A stretch of 64,000 nt of DNA from Amoebidium appalachense (GCA_963693365.1 CAVNZM010000007.1:2155979-2219978); one strand, 5' to 3'; counted from the first letter of the stretch, positions 40,395 to 58,467 are shown. The notes: generated by a model from the letters alone, not told the origin. A program made the numbers and translations.

Positions 40395-42646
40395 CTCATT
40401 TGTCGTTTTCGGATTAGGGGTGATTTGTTTGGTTTTTATTCGTTTCTTCGAAACTGTTTGTGGTAACTAGATGCTAAAAGGGTTATTTGAAGTGTGTGTA
40501 CCGAAAAAAAACGAATTTGAAAGCTGATGTCAATGTTTCTCAAACGAAAAATGCACCTGTGGTGCAAAAGCAACAACGTGAACGGTATTAAAGTATGCAT
40601 CTTTGGCACGCATTTGTAACAAGTTTGCCGTTTTTCTTGGCTCAGGCCTATGGCCTCCCTGTGCCAGAACCCGTAAAGTGCAAAATAAGCCATACCAACA
40701 AGCATTCCGAGAAATTATTGTAATCATGGGGTGCGCAAACACTACAAAGTTATCAGTAAATTGATGCTCAAAATCGTTGAATGCCTACCATTACTTACTA
40801 AGCCACTACCCCGCCAAGAATTTTTCTACGGTTTTTTTGTGATGTGCTTGTTCCCTGTCACGTTAGGGTAAAATGGTGAGAAAAAGAGAGTAACACGTGC
40901 AAAACTGACCCTGCGCCAGGCGTTTTTATATGATGACGTTGTACAGTACTCTGGTTGGAGTATTTATCGATTCGGGTCGGATCAATATACAAAAATAAAT
41001 GTTTTCCCAGAACAGGTGGTTATTTTGGCACTCCAGAGCGGAATATATGAAGCCCTGTTTTGCCTATCGGGGTGTGTAATCGGTAAGGGAGTGTAAACGA
41101 GTCGTCAAATTTAATAATATAAGGGGTCTATACGAGTCATAAATGAGACGAACCCCCGCCAATACGATTCAAAAATTCTGACAATACGATTGCGTTTAGT
41201 GTAAAACGGGTAGCCTAGCCAAAAACCCCGTGACAACCCCTGATCGCAGTGTACATGCAAAAACGGCAGGGCTAGTAAACTTCTTGAATCACTGTGGCTC
41301 TATTCGAATTAAGAAAAAAAAGATGTTTGTACCAGCTTTACCGTGCACTGAGTTGTCAACAACTTGGTTAGGAGAAGCTGTGTGGGACATAACCGTTCTT
41401 AGTAAAGCTTGGGGGGGAGGTGGGGAGGGGTGGAGGGGGTGGAGGGTGGGGGAGGAGAGGGGAGGGGGGAGGGGGTGGAGAAGGAGAGGGGGGAGGGGGC
41501 GAAGGTGGTTGTGGTGGTGGTGGGGGGGGGGGGGGGGGGGGGGCCGGGGGAGGAAGGTGGGGGAGGAGGGCCCGGGCCCCGGGGACAGTGGGCAGGGGGG
41601 GGGGGGGGGGGGAGGTGGAGGGGGAGAGGGTGGGGCGGGGGGGGGAGGAGGGGGGGGGGGGGGGGGGGGTGATTCGAACGATAACTGCCACAACTGCGCT
41701 GGCCTGCAGCTGAGGCCGTTGTTTAGAAAACAAGTTACTGAGTGAGCAACATGGATACTTGAGACATGGGGAGCCCCACCGCGAGGCATAAAGGGATGGG
41801 AGAGTAACCCCCGGGGGAGGAAGGGAGGGAAGGGAGGGGGGGGGGGGGGGGTGGGGGGGAGGGGGGAGGGGGGGGAGGGATATGAATACACGGACACACA
41901 GAACACACACACGCACACACACGCACGCAGGAATCACACACACAGACACACTGAACACATCGTTGACCGCCCATAGACACACACACAACACACGCAGACA
42001 GCAACCCTGACAAGAAAAGACAAACCACACATGCACATGCACACACACACGCACATGAACACACACGCACACCCTCACGCGCGGCGGTGCTGCTGCTGCT
42101 GAGACTATGGCAGAGCTGGGCCTCTACAGTATTGTAGCCTCCTTGCGGGTTGTTTACATTCCAGGTTTATTGAGGCAGACTTGAGGAATGCCCCGGTACA
42201 ATCTATCTAAGCTATACATCCGATTGGCGGATCTGACAGGTGGAGATTCCATTGTGATTCGCAAATGTGCGGCAGCCTCCGGCGGTTGCACCCTCAGTGC
42301 ACTCTTCAGGCTGCCCGACTCTTTTCAGTTGTATTCGAGTGGTGGTGTATATTGTAGAAACGTTGGTGGTGATGTGTGAGTATGAGAAGGAGTGGCTTAT
42401 CACTAATGGAAAGAAGCATGGCGTAGCACACATAAAACAGAGATTATAAAGGACCGCGCGTGGCTCGTGTGCGAGCGAGAGCGTTAGTTCCCGGGGCCCT
42501 GACAACGTGTGCGTGAGTGGTGTTGCTCTTCGGCTTTTCGCCTGTTGCAAATGTAATCACAAAAAAAGAGCCAACGATAACCATACACCAAACACCAAAA
42601 TATCTAAATATAACTTTCACTTTGGCTCTTCGGGAAATATTGCAAA

Positions 42647-44032
42647 ATGGGGCCCTGGGGACCATCATCGTTTGCCAGCAAATTCGTGTTGGCGCTAGGT
42701 TTGTGCACCAACCTCGCTCAAGTTTCCGCACTTACCATACCATCAGACATGTCATACTATGACAGCTCCGGGGCAGCCGCTTACAGACCACCACGGCCTC
42801 CTTCAAATAATAGCACGTCCGTTTTACCAACACCACAATCCTCGGCCGTACCACCACCACCACAATCATCACCACCACCACCACCAGCACAAATCACCTT
42901 TAGCGGAACTGCCTCCCAAAAGCCGACAGTCACACTTGCGCCTACCCCCGCCTCCGTCCCACCCACATCCACCACATCACCACCACCACCCACTCCTCCT
43001 GCAGACAGCATTTGCAACGACGGCTCAGGGGCGGCTGCATACAAAGCACCACTCCCACTCTCAACAAACATAGCCAATCCCTCCTCAGTTGCCGTTGCAC
43101 AACTACCCTCATACGGCCGAGCTCTAAACACCCAAGGCCCGCTCCAAACACCTTCACCGAGCCCAATAACAAGGGTTTCATTAAGCGCATCTATTGCCCC
43201 CCTAGCCAACTCATTGAAAAGCAGTAATCTTCTTGCACTTCATGTCAGCCCCTCAAAGCCTCTTGTCGTTACCCTCCCCCTCGTTTCCATAAAGATTATT
43301 GGTGGCACGGCAACGGCGGGAAAACCATGGCAAGCATCCATCGGGCGTATGCGAAAGTCAGCAACAGGCAGAAAAACATACTCGCATTTCTGTGGAGGAA
43401 CACTCATTGCACCCAAATGGATTCTCACGGCCGCACACTGCGCAAGCCCGGACAGTATTAAAGGCGCCTCGGTACTACTTGGCGGTTCGGACTTAAAAAA
43501 ACTTAACACCTTCCAGGAATACACCATTGCAGAGCAAATTGTGCACCCGAAATACGACGAGAATAACGTTTATAACGAGTTTGCGCTTTTACGTCTGGAT
43601 AGAAAATCGACTAACGCCGTCATCACGCTGAGCGAAGATGCAACTCTCGAAGCCCCTCGAAGAACAGCACAGAGTTGTGGCTGGGGTCTAACAAGTGAAA
43701 CGGGAAGAGACACAAGTACAACACTCATGGTAGTTAGTTTGCCCATATTAAAAAACACTGAGTGTAAGAACTTTTACGGAAGTTTTAGCGGTTTGAGCAA
43801 CCAAGTTTGTGCCGGCGCTGTGAAAAACAAGGACGTGTGTTTTGGCGATAGTGGGGGTCCTTTGTATGTTGGCGGGGATACAAACCCCGTGCAAATTGGT
43901 CTGGTGAGTTATGGGGACAGGTGTGGTCGCGCTGGGGTGCCCGGAGTCTATACGCGTGTGTCTAGCTTTGTTCCTTGGATTAAGTCGCTCAATAGGGGCA
44001 TTGTACCCAAAACTAAAAAACCTGTGAACTAG
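42647..44032 (+). CDS. Secreted trypsin-like protease (homologue) with long Pro/Ser/Thr-rich pro-region; catalytic Asp appears replaced by Glu; intronless
   Basis: Signal-like N-terminus, K-IIGG, LTAAHC, NEFALL, DVCFGDSGGP. Confidence 0.93.
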   Translation: MGPWGPSSFASKFVLALGLCTNLAQVSALTIPSDMSYYDSSGAAAYRPPRPPSNNSTSVLPTPQSSAVPPPPQSSPPPPPAQITFSGTASQKPTVTLAPTPASVPPTSTTSPPPPTPPADSICNDGSGAAAYKAPLPLSTNIANPSSVAVAQLPSYGRALNTQGPLQTPSPSPITRVSLSASIAPLANSLKSSNLLALHVSPSKPLVVTLPLVSIKIIGGTATAGKPWQASIGRMRKSATGRKTYSHFCGGTLIAPKWILTAAHCASPDSIKGASVLLGGSDLKKLNTFQEYTIAEQIVHPKYDENNVYNEFALLRLDRKSTNAVITLSEDATLEAPRRTAQSCGWGLTSETGRDTSTTLMVVSLPILKNTECKNFYGSFSGLSNQVCAGAVKNKDVCFGDSGGPLYVGGDTNPVQIGLVSYGDRCGRAGVPGVYTRVSSFVPWIKSLNRGIVPKTKKPVN

Positions 44033-44227
44033 TGTACTGAGCTTTCACGTGACAGGGATATCTCGGCAGGTGTATTTTGAAACAACGGGCACATGTGAAA
44101 TAATTATGAAGATTAAATTTTCGCTTTGTTTCGTAATTTAGGTCGCCGAATTTGAAAGGTAATCCCCAAGCGCCGGATGCGCCGGGCTTTGGGTTAGGGG
44201 GGGTGGATTTGAGGGGAGGGGGGGGAA

Positions 44228-44271
<44 letters not shown>

Positions 44272-44471
44272 AAGTAGGGTAAGAGCTTTATTGTTAAACC
44301 GTCAAACTGCCTAAAAAGGGACGGGATTTTGAATGAAGAACCCGTGCTGTGCCCTGGGAAACCCTTTGCAAGAATATGTACTCAAGTTCAGCGACAAAGT
44401 TGCAAACCCTAGCAAAAACGAAGACATCCCCCCCCCCCCCCCCCTCCCCCCCCCCTCTCCCCCCCCCCCCG

Positions 44472-44502
<31 letters not shown>

Positions 44503-44803
44503 GGGCCGCGCCTCCCCACCTACCCACCACCACCGTGACCACCAACACTACCAACACCATTTCCTCTTCTTTCCCCCCCTTCCCACGCCCCCCTCCCCCC
44601 CGGGCAGTGAAACACAAGTGCACACGAAAGCATTGTCACACATGCTTCAAAAATTGCCACTGATGCTGTATATATTATCCATAAAGCCACCCGATGCAAC
44701 GTATGCATTCTATTATATTGCTGAAAGACTTTTCAATCTTCTGTAGGTTTCTGTGCCGATATGTATTAGTCCCTCCCTCACCCTAAAAAATCCCCCCCCC
44801 CCC

Positions 44804-44838
<35 letters not shown>

Positions 44839-44859
44839 CAAAGAAAAAAGAAGAAGGAG

Positions 44860-44896
<37 letters not shown>

Positions 44897-45293
44897 ACAC
44901 ACACAAAACAAAACAAAAAAAGGCCATGTGACTCAGAACGTGTGATTTTATTCATTCGTTCCGTGTGACTTGTCTGCCGCAGCTCCACCCCTCCCCATCC
45001 TCCCCCCCTCCCCCCCCCCCCCCCCCTGATCCAGACCCTTTTTTGATTCCCCCCCCCCCCCCCCCCCCCCCCCCCCGGCCCGCGGCCTGGGTCCTTCCGC
45101 CGTTCATTATAATACACGTGCACAGTTTGGTTGTCAAAGAGGTCTTAATGTCTAGGCAATGTTGATGCCATTGGACGGTGTACCCCCCCACTTCTGTGCA
45201 TCATCATCAGGGAGGGGTCACCCGCAAGTTGCATATCAAAAGTTGTACATATTTACATATATTCGTATATATTCTATGATATATTCGTATATA

Positions 45294-45330
<37 letters not shown>

Positions 45331-45610
45331 TTTTTACCGATTGCGGGTGACCACTCAGGGTGTCTGCAAAAGTTGACCCAAGGTAACAGGTGCCGCCATC
45401 ATTATGGATAGCTGTATGCTTATGGGGTGATTGTCTTGTGTCCAATGTGTGTACACTGCCCCGTTAGATCTCAAATTAGGTAGTGTTTGTGAGCCTGTAG
45501 GTGTGTAATCACACTCGTTTAACTTTTTGATGACATCATGGTTGAAAAGCTGTAATAGATATTGGAACAAGAAAAACTAGGTGCCTCCAGTGGGCAGGTG
45601 TGTATCAGTT

Positions 45611-45708
<98 letters not shown>

Positions 45709-46376
45709 GGGGGGGGGGGGGGGGGGGGGGGGGGGGAGGGGGGGAGGGGGGGAGGGGCTACGAGTGTGTGCATTTATGATTTTGTGTACATACATTCCAC
45801 TACGCATGCCAGCTCAATTAGACTATATATGCTCGAACAGTGTCTTTTGAGCGTATAGGGTGATTTTCTCGTACTATATTATACAGTGTGCATGTTAGTT
45901 GCCTCAATCACAGAGTCTGCCAGTGTGCACAAGCCATAAACACGAAACATCGCACCCGAAAATACACGTGCATGTGCAACATTCAACAGCTTTTATTATT
46001 GTGATTCAAATAGTGCTATTTACAAGTGTTCCTGCATATTAAAGCTAATCATACCATACATACAGCTCAACTGTATATATGTTCAAATTGCTAATAGTTA
46101 AGTCCAGCCTATCCACACATGTACACATGTGTATTCAATCATAATAGTTTTGTTTATCTCGCCATACACAAGACATTGACTATACTGTACATACAAGAAT
46201 ATTTTCAGACCGCACCTTTTTGTTTTTTGGTAAATGTAATATGTCACATACATGATCGAGAGTATTTGTACTTTGTAGGCAGACCACACCAACCCTAATA
46301 TTCTCCGTAGTATACAAAAATATCAAAAAATCAAATATCATCAAATCGAATCTACGGAATTGATCTTGTGTGTAAC

Positions 46377-46431
<55 letters not shown>

Positions 46432-46589
46432 TGAAGAAAAGTAAAGAAAAAAAAGAACAAAAAAAAAAAAAAAAAAAAAGAAACGAAAGAACTTTAAGAA
46501 AAGAAACAGTCTCCTTGGGCCTCTCCCTCGAAAAGAAACAGTCTCCTTGGGCCTCTCTCCCTCCTTCATTTCATCCTCACACCTACCAT

Positions 46590-49613
<3,024 letters not shown>

Positions 49614-50729
49614 TTTCTTTTTCACTGGGTGTAACAGGAAAGAGCATGCGAGTGTGGTGGTTTGGGCGTATTTATACGGAGGATGTAGGTTGTATAAGAT
49701 CACTTCTTGCCTGCGCTTCTCCGCCCTCTTCAGAGTCTTGCGTCTGCTCATAACATGTTGTTGATAGAATTTGATTGGTTCCCAGCCAGCAACTGACACT
49801 GCAGCAGCCTTTTGATTGGATAGATTGGCACCTTCAGGTATGCAACTCACAACGGTCAATCGAAGGCAATCATGCTGAAAGAAAAGCCCTTTCCGGGTTC
49901 ACCAAACCTCCAATTCATATAAACAAAACATAAAAATCATAATAATAGTAATATATATGTTTTTTCAAAAAGAAAATGGTCATTTTCTATGGGCGAATAA
50001 TCCTTTTTCAAGTCGTATTGAACATGCTGTGGTTGTGGTTGGAAGACTGTAATTATGTCACGTTACAGTGTGCTGGTTGACAACCAATCATATTCGCAGA
50101 AACTTTTTTGGCGCCCATTATTAGCCAATCGCATTGCTCAACGTTTTTATTGGTTCAAAGTGCACCCTACTATCTTGACCGTATGAACGAACACCTGCAG
50201 CGGCTGCGGGATGCTATGGACCCTGTCTGCGAACACGGGCGTAGGCCATGCCTTTACTATATATATCTGGGCAAGTCAAAATATGTGCCAACGCATAAAC
50301 AATGGTAACACTTGAAGTGTACAGTGGCAAATAATATTATATCATTGAAATTAGTCTGTGTCGTTAAGTTGTTGAGTCCTCCTCAGGGCTCGAGAGCGAG
50401 AGAGAGGCTGCTCAGAGTGATATCAAAAGGAGGAGCAAGATGTGGTAGAGAGAAAGTGTGTGTGTGCATTGAGGGAGTTGCAATTGGGAGAGGGCGGGAG
50501 AGGTGGGAAGGGAGCGCACTCCGAGACAGAGACAGTGCGAGAGAATGCGAGGCACATGAAGGTGGGGGAGGGGAGGATCTTGGCAGAAATCAGGCTAGAG
50601 AGAAAGATCGAGAGATCCAGAAAGAGATCCACTGACAGAGAAGAAGGGGGGGGTAGGCTGAGGGGCGGGTGGGGGGGGGGAGGGGGGGGGGGGGGGGGGG
50701 GGAGAAAGGGGGGAGAAAGGGAGAGCGAG

Positions 50730-51325
<596 letters not shown>

Positions 51326-52606
51326 CTCCTCTTCCCTCGCTCGTGCCTCATATGGCACGGGACACTGTAGACAGACATCGATATTTAATTCCTCACTTCA
51401 CTCATCATGTCTGAGGTTTCCTTTATTCTTTGCTTCAAGTTGCAACTGCGCGTTTTCCGATCCCAACTAAGCCCTCTTAGGCACCTTCTGTACATAACAT
51501 GCTGCACATGCAGTAAAAAATTGCCCGAGTTTCACAGAAAGGTAGGGTGCACCGTTACCCAACATTGCGACTTGAAATGAATGGGGAAAGAAAAGGAAAG
51601 AAAACCCAAAGCCGGACCATAAAACAACTAAAAAAGTAGGATCATCGAAGACTTAGTGCAAGGAGGAAAATGAAAAGATGTTTTATCTCTTTAAAAATAA
51701 CCTAGGCCCATTATCCCGGTACAGTTTACTGTAGCACTGTCAGTACAAGGCGGTGCATAAGTTATACCATGATGTGCAAGCACAGTTATGACCTAGTTAA
51801 CAGTTGCAGCTTTGCAGCACGAAACTACAGATATTTTTTTAATCTTTACAACACTGCTTACATCTGTCACAGCCCAACCGTTTGGGTTACAAGAAAAGAG
51901 ACAACAACTATCATTGAAATCTGAAACATTTGAAACTAAATATCATCACTTCTTGTTCATACCATTCATTCGCTATCTATGAGGGGCATAAATATCTAAA
52001 AGAAAAAATTCTGGTGCCGAGTCACAGCAGGGAAAAAGGAAATCGTATCGTACTTGTCTACTAGCACGCGCCTTTGAACTAGTAGTTGGTCTTAACCTAA
52101 AAAGCGGAGAAATCATCATCACCATATGTATGAAATCGCATATATTATATTCTCATACCATCAGAAATCCTCGTCGATTATTGGCCACCGCTCGAAAACA
52201 TGCGGCTAATTCGCTGGCCAAATGTTTTGTTGTCCAGGGAGCCAATCATTCCCCGCACCAACAGGCTCAGTGCCTGGCTCCAGATGCTCTCAGCTCCGCT
52301 GCGGAGGGGTTCATGTTAAATTATGTTAAGATTTATGTGTCCGAATGATTGGGCGTTAAAATTAATGTGCCAGAATGATTGGGTGTTAAAATTATTGCAC
52401 CAGAATGAGGTGTTGCTTGCTTAAAGGTGATGACACTGTTGGTTAGTTCTCGTTGTCCGATACAAAAGAGAAAGTTTGTATTTCTTTGTTTCTCCAACAC
52501 TAAACACAAAAAAGCACACATACTTTTGTGTGAATGATGATGAGGGTTAGGAGGGGTGGATGGTGGTGACTTGGTGGTGACCATTGGGGGGGGAGGGAAG
52601 GGGGGG

Positions 52607-52637
<31 letters not shown>

Positions 52638-52793
52638 AGGATGGGGAGAGTGAGGTTTGTGCTGGGTTCTGGTTGCTGTCCTAAAAGAGCAGGAAGGGAG
52701 GGCTATGGGGAACTTCCCATAGTCGAGGCTTACAGGTTTTTTGCTTTTTTCTGTTGGTTGCCGCCCCCCTCCTCCTCCCCCCCCCCCCTCTCC

Positions 52794-52824
<31 letters not shown>

Positions 52825-53273
52825 ACACACACACCTTTCCCCGGGAAGCAAAAATCCTCTCCCTGCCCCAACCACTGACCACTGCAATAGATATTTTTCG
52901 TGGGACACAACCACAAACCCCGAAGTGCATACACCCCCGCCCACCCACACAAACACACACATATTGTCTCTCTCTCCCATCTCCCTCTTGTGCATGCGTG
53001 CTTCACTGTGTCTCCCTCCCTCTCTCCCTACTCCTTCCTCTTTGTCTCTCCCTCTCTCTCCCTCCGAGGCTACTCCCCTTCCCTCTCTCTCATTGCACAA
53101 ACATGCACACAAGCCGGAATACACACGAATATCACACCAACGCAACACCCCGTATGTAATGCGCTGTTCGCATACAGTACACCCGCATGCACACTTCCCT
53201 TCGAGTACCGGACAAACCACACCAACCAACCACTCCGCACTTGTACATCTATCATGTGCATCAATACATCACA

Positions 53274-53310
<37 letters not shown>

Positions 53311-53594
53311 ACGTGTGTCAGCGCCTGCGTGTGCAACATGGATATATGCTTGTGGGTGTGCAATTCTAGGAGTTCTTCGTTGTCCCCCCGTCCCCGTTCG
53401 CCTTTTCCACCACTACCTTGCCAATACCAGCACACACGGTTACACAATTAGTTTCGTAACCATCCCCTTCCCCCCGTCCCGGCCCCTCCTCGGCTTTCAC
53501 AGCCAAACCCCCCCCCCCCCCCCCCCCCAACACACACACCCACCCACACACCCACACCTGTGCACTTGAGGGCAGCAAGCGCAGGAATACGTAC

Positions 53595-53815
53595 GTGTGA
53601 GTTCGTCACCCAGTACATGTTTCATAGCCCACAGCATGGCCAGTTGGAATTCATGGAACATGGTGGGTGTCACGGCCATCTTGGCATGCATCCTGCCCAG
53701 GTCCTTGATCTGTAGATGTACGTGTGTGTGTGTGTGCACGTGTGTGTGGGGGGGGTGGAGGGCGGAGGGGGAGAGGGAGGGGTTTGTGTGTGTGTGTGTG
53801 TGTGTGCGCGCGCGC

Positions 53816-53891
<76 letters not shown>

Positions 53892-53899
53892 GCGTGCGT

Positions 53900-53957
<58 letters not shown>

Positions 53958-54123
53958 TGTGTGTGTGAGTTCGTACGGAAAGCTGTTTTTTAAGGCTCTT
54001 GAGTAACGTAAACACCCAAGTCTTCTTTGCACCTCCGCCCTGCCCCACCACACAATCATACCTACATGTGCCCATACACACCCGCACACGCTCGTGTTCA
54101 CACACAACACACAACACAACACA

Positions 54124-54155
<32 letters not shown>

Positions 54156-54211
54156 AGGCACACACAAGGGCAGACATACACATGCGCGTGCACACACAAA
54201 CACACACACGC

Positions 54212-54246
<35 letters not shown>

Positions 54247-54361
54247 ACACACACACGCACACAGACACACACCTGCTTGTCCAACCGTTCCGGCTTGTCC
54301 ATAAATTTGGTGAGCTCGCCAATAGCCCCATGTAACACTTGACCCTGTGTGGAGAGTGATC

Positions 54362-54405
<44 letters not shown>

Positions 54406-55349
54406 GTGTGTGTCACGGTGTGTGCAAACATGTGTTCTGTGTTGTGTGTGTGTGTGCGCATGTGTGTGTTGTGTGAGTGTGTGTGAATGTGTGGAATTGT
54501 GGATTCCAGACAGTGTACATGAAGATGCCTAAGTCGAAGGGTTTGGATAAAGGGTCGGCAGGGAGAAGAAGAAGAGGGGTAGGGGGGGTGGGGACGGGGA
54601 GGAGGTGGGGGAGGGGTATGTTAGCATGAGTAAATTGAATCAGATTTAAGGAGATTTGGTGGGTGGGGAAGCTTAAGGTGTGCCCGGGTGAGGGGGGAGG
54701 GGGGGAGGGGGGGGAGCGGAGGGGAAGGGGGAGGGGGGGGGGGGGGGGGGTTCAATTCGAGACAGCAGCCGGTGCGTTAAGACAACAACCCGGATTCGAA
54801 CTTTGTTGATACCCGTCATTCGACTGGACTAAAGGGAAAAGGGAAACGTGGAAGGAGGTAGGAAAGGGGTGGAAGGGAGGGAGGGAGTGGGACGGGGGGA
54901 AAGGGGAAGGGGGAGGGGGGGGGGAGGGGAGGGGGGAGACATACTCTGAAGAGCAGTTTTGCCTCCGGACAATGGTCGAAAAATCTCTTGTAAAATATCT
55001 CCATAAATTTTGGTTCCCCCTTGATTCGCTGCCATGACTCCTTGAGCAAAGGACGGCTTCCGCTTAGGCGGCGGCTCATCCATTGGGGGATATTTTTAGA
55101 CCTGAATTTGATTCGGTCCATCATGTTAAGAAGGAGTGTGCTTACCTGAAAGAAAGTATGTTAGTTTTTATTCACGTTTTCTATTCGCCTTAGAATATTG
55201 TCACAGAGTTTAGAACAATATATCACTGGTAAATGTTAGTGCTCGGAAGCATACTGGCAGTCGCATGAAAAGGAGATAGACAAAGCCTCGTGCCAGCAAG
55301 TGCCAAGTAATATCTAGTTTTCTTTTTTCTTTTTTCTTTTTTCTTTTTT

Positions 55350-55394
<45 letters not shown>

Positions 55395-55613
55395 GGGGAG
55401 AGAGGGGGGGGGGGGGGGGGGGGGGGGGGGGTCAAAGAGGTGAAGGCGTCCCCATAACCTATATCCTCCCCCCCCCCTTCCCCCCCCCAAAAAAAAACAC
55501 CATCGCCCTAGATGCTGACAGAATGACGAGTATGCAAGCATGGGTGGGATAAGGGAGGCATGATGATCATGGGTAGGTGTTGGGTGTTGGGAACGCCCAT
55601 CCCCCCCCCCCAA

Positions 55614-55692
<79 letters not shown>

Positions 55693-56673
55693 TCACGCCC
55701 CCCCCCCCCCCCCCTCCCCACCCGAAAGTCCCTGATTGTGCCGGATATATATGTGTAATTATGGTACAAGGAATGGGTGAAGAAAAGAATAAAGTTGTTT
55801 TGGGGGGGGGGGGGGAGGTGCAGTTCATTATTAAAAGTACGGAAAATAAGCACGAGAATGGAGCGAGAGAGACAAAGCTCGATGTGGTGTGGGGAAAGCA
55901 CCAAAAAAGAACGGTGACAATAAGTGTTGGTGCAGATGAGGGGGTTCTTTTTTTCCTTCGTTTTTTAAGAGGTGCGGGGGTGTATTCTATTCCTTTCGTT
56001 TCATTTTTCAAAGGGGGCTTCTAGGGAGATCTATTCTTCTTCTTTTCATTTTCGACGGCTGGTTTGTTCAAAAATATTTTGGGTAGGGCACATGTGCATT
56101 ATTTTAAACGGAAGTTGTGACGGGGGCCTATTTCTTTCTTCTCCTTGTTGGAGGGGCTGTGTAAGGGGGGTCTATTTAAAAACATGTTTTTTTTTTGTTT
56201 TTTTGTTTTTTTTTGAAAAAACATACCGCCTTGTATGCAGCCTGCCAGGCATGCTCAGTGACGTCATCCCACTCCCCCTGCAGCTGCTCCCTGACTGCAA
56301 AAATCAGCGCCTGGCCAAAGCAGTCGAACATGTGCGGGGTGACCCCCATGTTTACATGGAATATCGCCATCTGTTGAAGTTTTTTGTCCATCCCCTGGGG
56401 TTTTTCCTCGGATAGGCACTTGAAAACGAGAGAAAGGGTTCCCGCTAGGGCGCTGCCGCGGTGTTGTTGGTCCGTGTGAAAGAGAAGACGTGTCTGGTGA
56501 TAGATGATTAGGAATAGTTTGGACATTTTTCATCTGTTAGGAAAAAGAAAAGGGCCCGTGCGGGGGGAGGGGGGGGGAGGGGGGGGGGGGGGGGGGGGGG
56601 ATAAAGAAAGAAAAAAATAAAGACTCGGCTACGTGCCATCGGGCATAACGTTCACGAACAGGTTGGCCCCAAT

Positions 56674-56711
<38 letters not shown>

Positions 56712-57505
56712 GGAGGGGTAAAACTATTAGGCTATAATTATGAGGGCAGCTCTCACAGTTGTATACATCGATAGAGATGGTTGTATGACGAGAACACCCA
56801 CTCGGGCAATGCATGATAGTGTAATGAGTGTAGTCCATGAGCACAGAATGTTTGCACAAATAGGCAAATTTCGGATAAAGGTAGGGGTAAGTGGAGGGGG
56901 TGATAAATAAATACCCGGAGCATTCGATGAAAGAAAAGAGTTTCTCCAATGGTTTCCCTCGCATCAACCTCCTCACCCCCTGCCCCTCCGTCGGGGAAAA
57001 AAAAAACCCAGAAAATTAAAGGGAAAGATGACAGAAGTTTAACGACATCTGATAAGCGATACGCGCACACCAAGGGCGAGCCCCGTCAGGACCCCCCCCC
57101 CCCCCCCCCCCCCCCCTCCAAAAAAAAAGAATAATAATAATAATAAAATAAAATATAAAATAAAAGCCAATGTCCCACCTCAGGTAGCAGCTCGAACAGT
57201 TTTGTGTAGAGTGCGTTGCTGATTGCCGCAATGGGTGCCTTCCCGTTTGTGCTCTCTAGCGCCCTCTCCCACGTACTCTGCACCAAATGTCTCTGCTCTG
57301 CCCTCACCTGAGCAGCCAAATAATCTACATCCTGTGTTGTCAAACCTCCGGCGGAAGAAAGACTCTCAGAACTGAAAACCATTTCTGGACGTTTTGGACC
57401 AGGTGGCCCTGTGGTTGAGTCTCTATCGCTGAGGGAGTATGAGCTTGTCGCCTGGCGGGTAGGGAAGGTGTGTTCCCTCTGAATTTCTGTCAGCTGTCTC
57501 GCCAT
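53595..57505 (-). CDS. Tandem two-domain globin; exons 57505-57179, 56493-56227, 55145-54945, 54362-54273, 53709-53595, 3' exon(s) not located
   Basis: Domain 1: VQSTW...[11 protein letters not shown]|TRLLF...[14 protein letters not shown]...EHAW. Domain 2: LKESW...[16 protein letters not shown]...[15 protein letters not shown]. All joins are GT-AG and in frame. Confidence 0.88.
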
Positions 57506-58250
57506 TTTTAGGAAGTGAAATGTTTTTGCTGAGGAAAAATGCGAACGGGACAACCACGTTTATTGTTGCTGTTGGTGTGAGGGGTTAATATTTGGATCAT
57601 GGGCCGTCGACTGAGAATTTATATTAGTAATCAAGTGAATGAGGCACAATTGAAGCCCACGCCTCCAAGTTCAACGATGAAGGTTTCAAATGCTCTTCAC
57701 AAGAAGAGTTCGAAATTCTCAGACAGTAGTTCTGGGATCATCGATGATTGTAAACTAATGAAAGAAACGTTGAAAAGAGCTGGGTCCCGGACACATGTCC
57801 TTCTAATTCTGGTGTGTGAAAGTGGAGTGTGTTCTATTGAGCGACCTAGAATTTTGTAACATTCAATCCTTTGTTATGACCGAGAGACAAAAAAAAATGG
57901 CTTTGTTAAGTTGTTTTGTTGTCGTTGTTGGTGGATTTATGTGGTTCGTTCGAAGCAAATTGTGACACGCAGTTTAGTAGGAGAGGTGTGTACACGTGGT
58001 AAACAACGTTCACAAATTCAAACCTAGTGAACATCCAACCCCTTGTACACTCTTACTCGTTTGTTGTTTGTATGTTTGTAAGCACAGAAGAAGCACGCAC
58101 ACTGTCTGAATGCTCACACACGGTGTGGCAGAGGATTATCAAGCGTTCAGGCTGAACCACGACCCTCTGAATGTGTTCCTCTCGTTTCTCGAACAGAGAA
58201 AGCAGATGCGACTGTTGTAACGCAATCTGGATCTTGGTGGAAGGTTCTTT

Positions 58251-58467
58251 CATGAACACCGCAATAGTTTTCACATTCCAATGGCTAAAAAAACGCTTGG
58301 TATTTGGAGGGTTGATTGGGACTGAGGCCTACTGGATCATATGCATATGCACTGTCTTTGATGAACACCGCAATAGTTTTCACATTCCAACGGCTAAAAA
58401 AATTGCTTGGTATTTGGAGGGTTGACAGGGAGTGAGGGCTACTGGATCATATGCATATGCACTGTCG
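58251..58467. repeat. Tandem duplication, period ~110 bp, upstream of the globin gene
   Basis: atgaacaccgcaatagttttcacattcca...catatgcactgtc occurs twice. Confidence 0.9.

Noticed and set aside
44168-44200. Helitron-like 3' hairpin (ccggatgcgccgg) after trypsin 2
   Set aside because: No CTRR end (reads gttag into a noisy G-run) and no 5' TC end identified.
49614-49859. N-terminal extension of the CotH ORF in the ORF track
   Set aside because: It starts at TTG; the signal peptide begins at the ATG at 49613.
52344-52410. 30-bp tandem repeat (also small duplications at ~46500-46560 and ~63567-63628)
   Set aside because: Two-copy local slippage duplications with no further structure.
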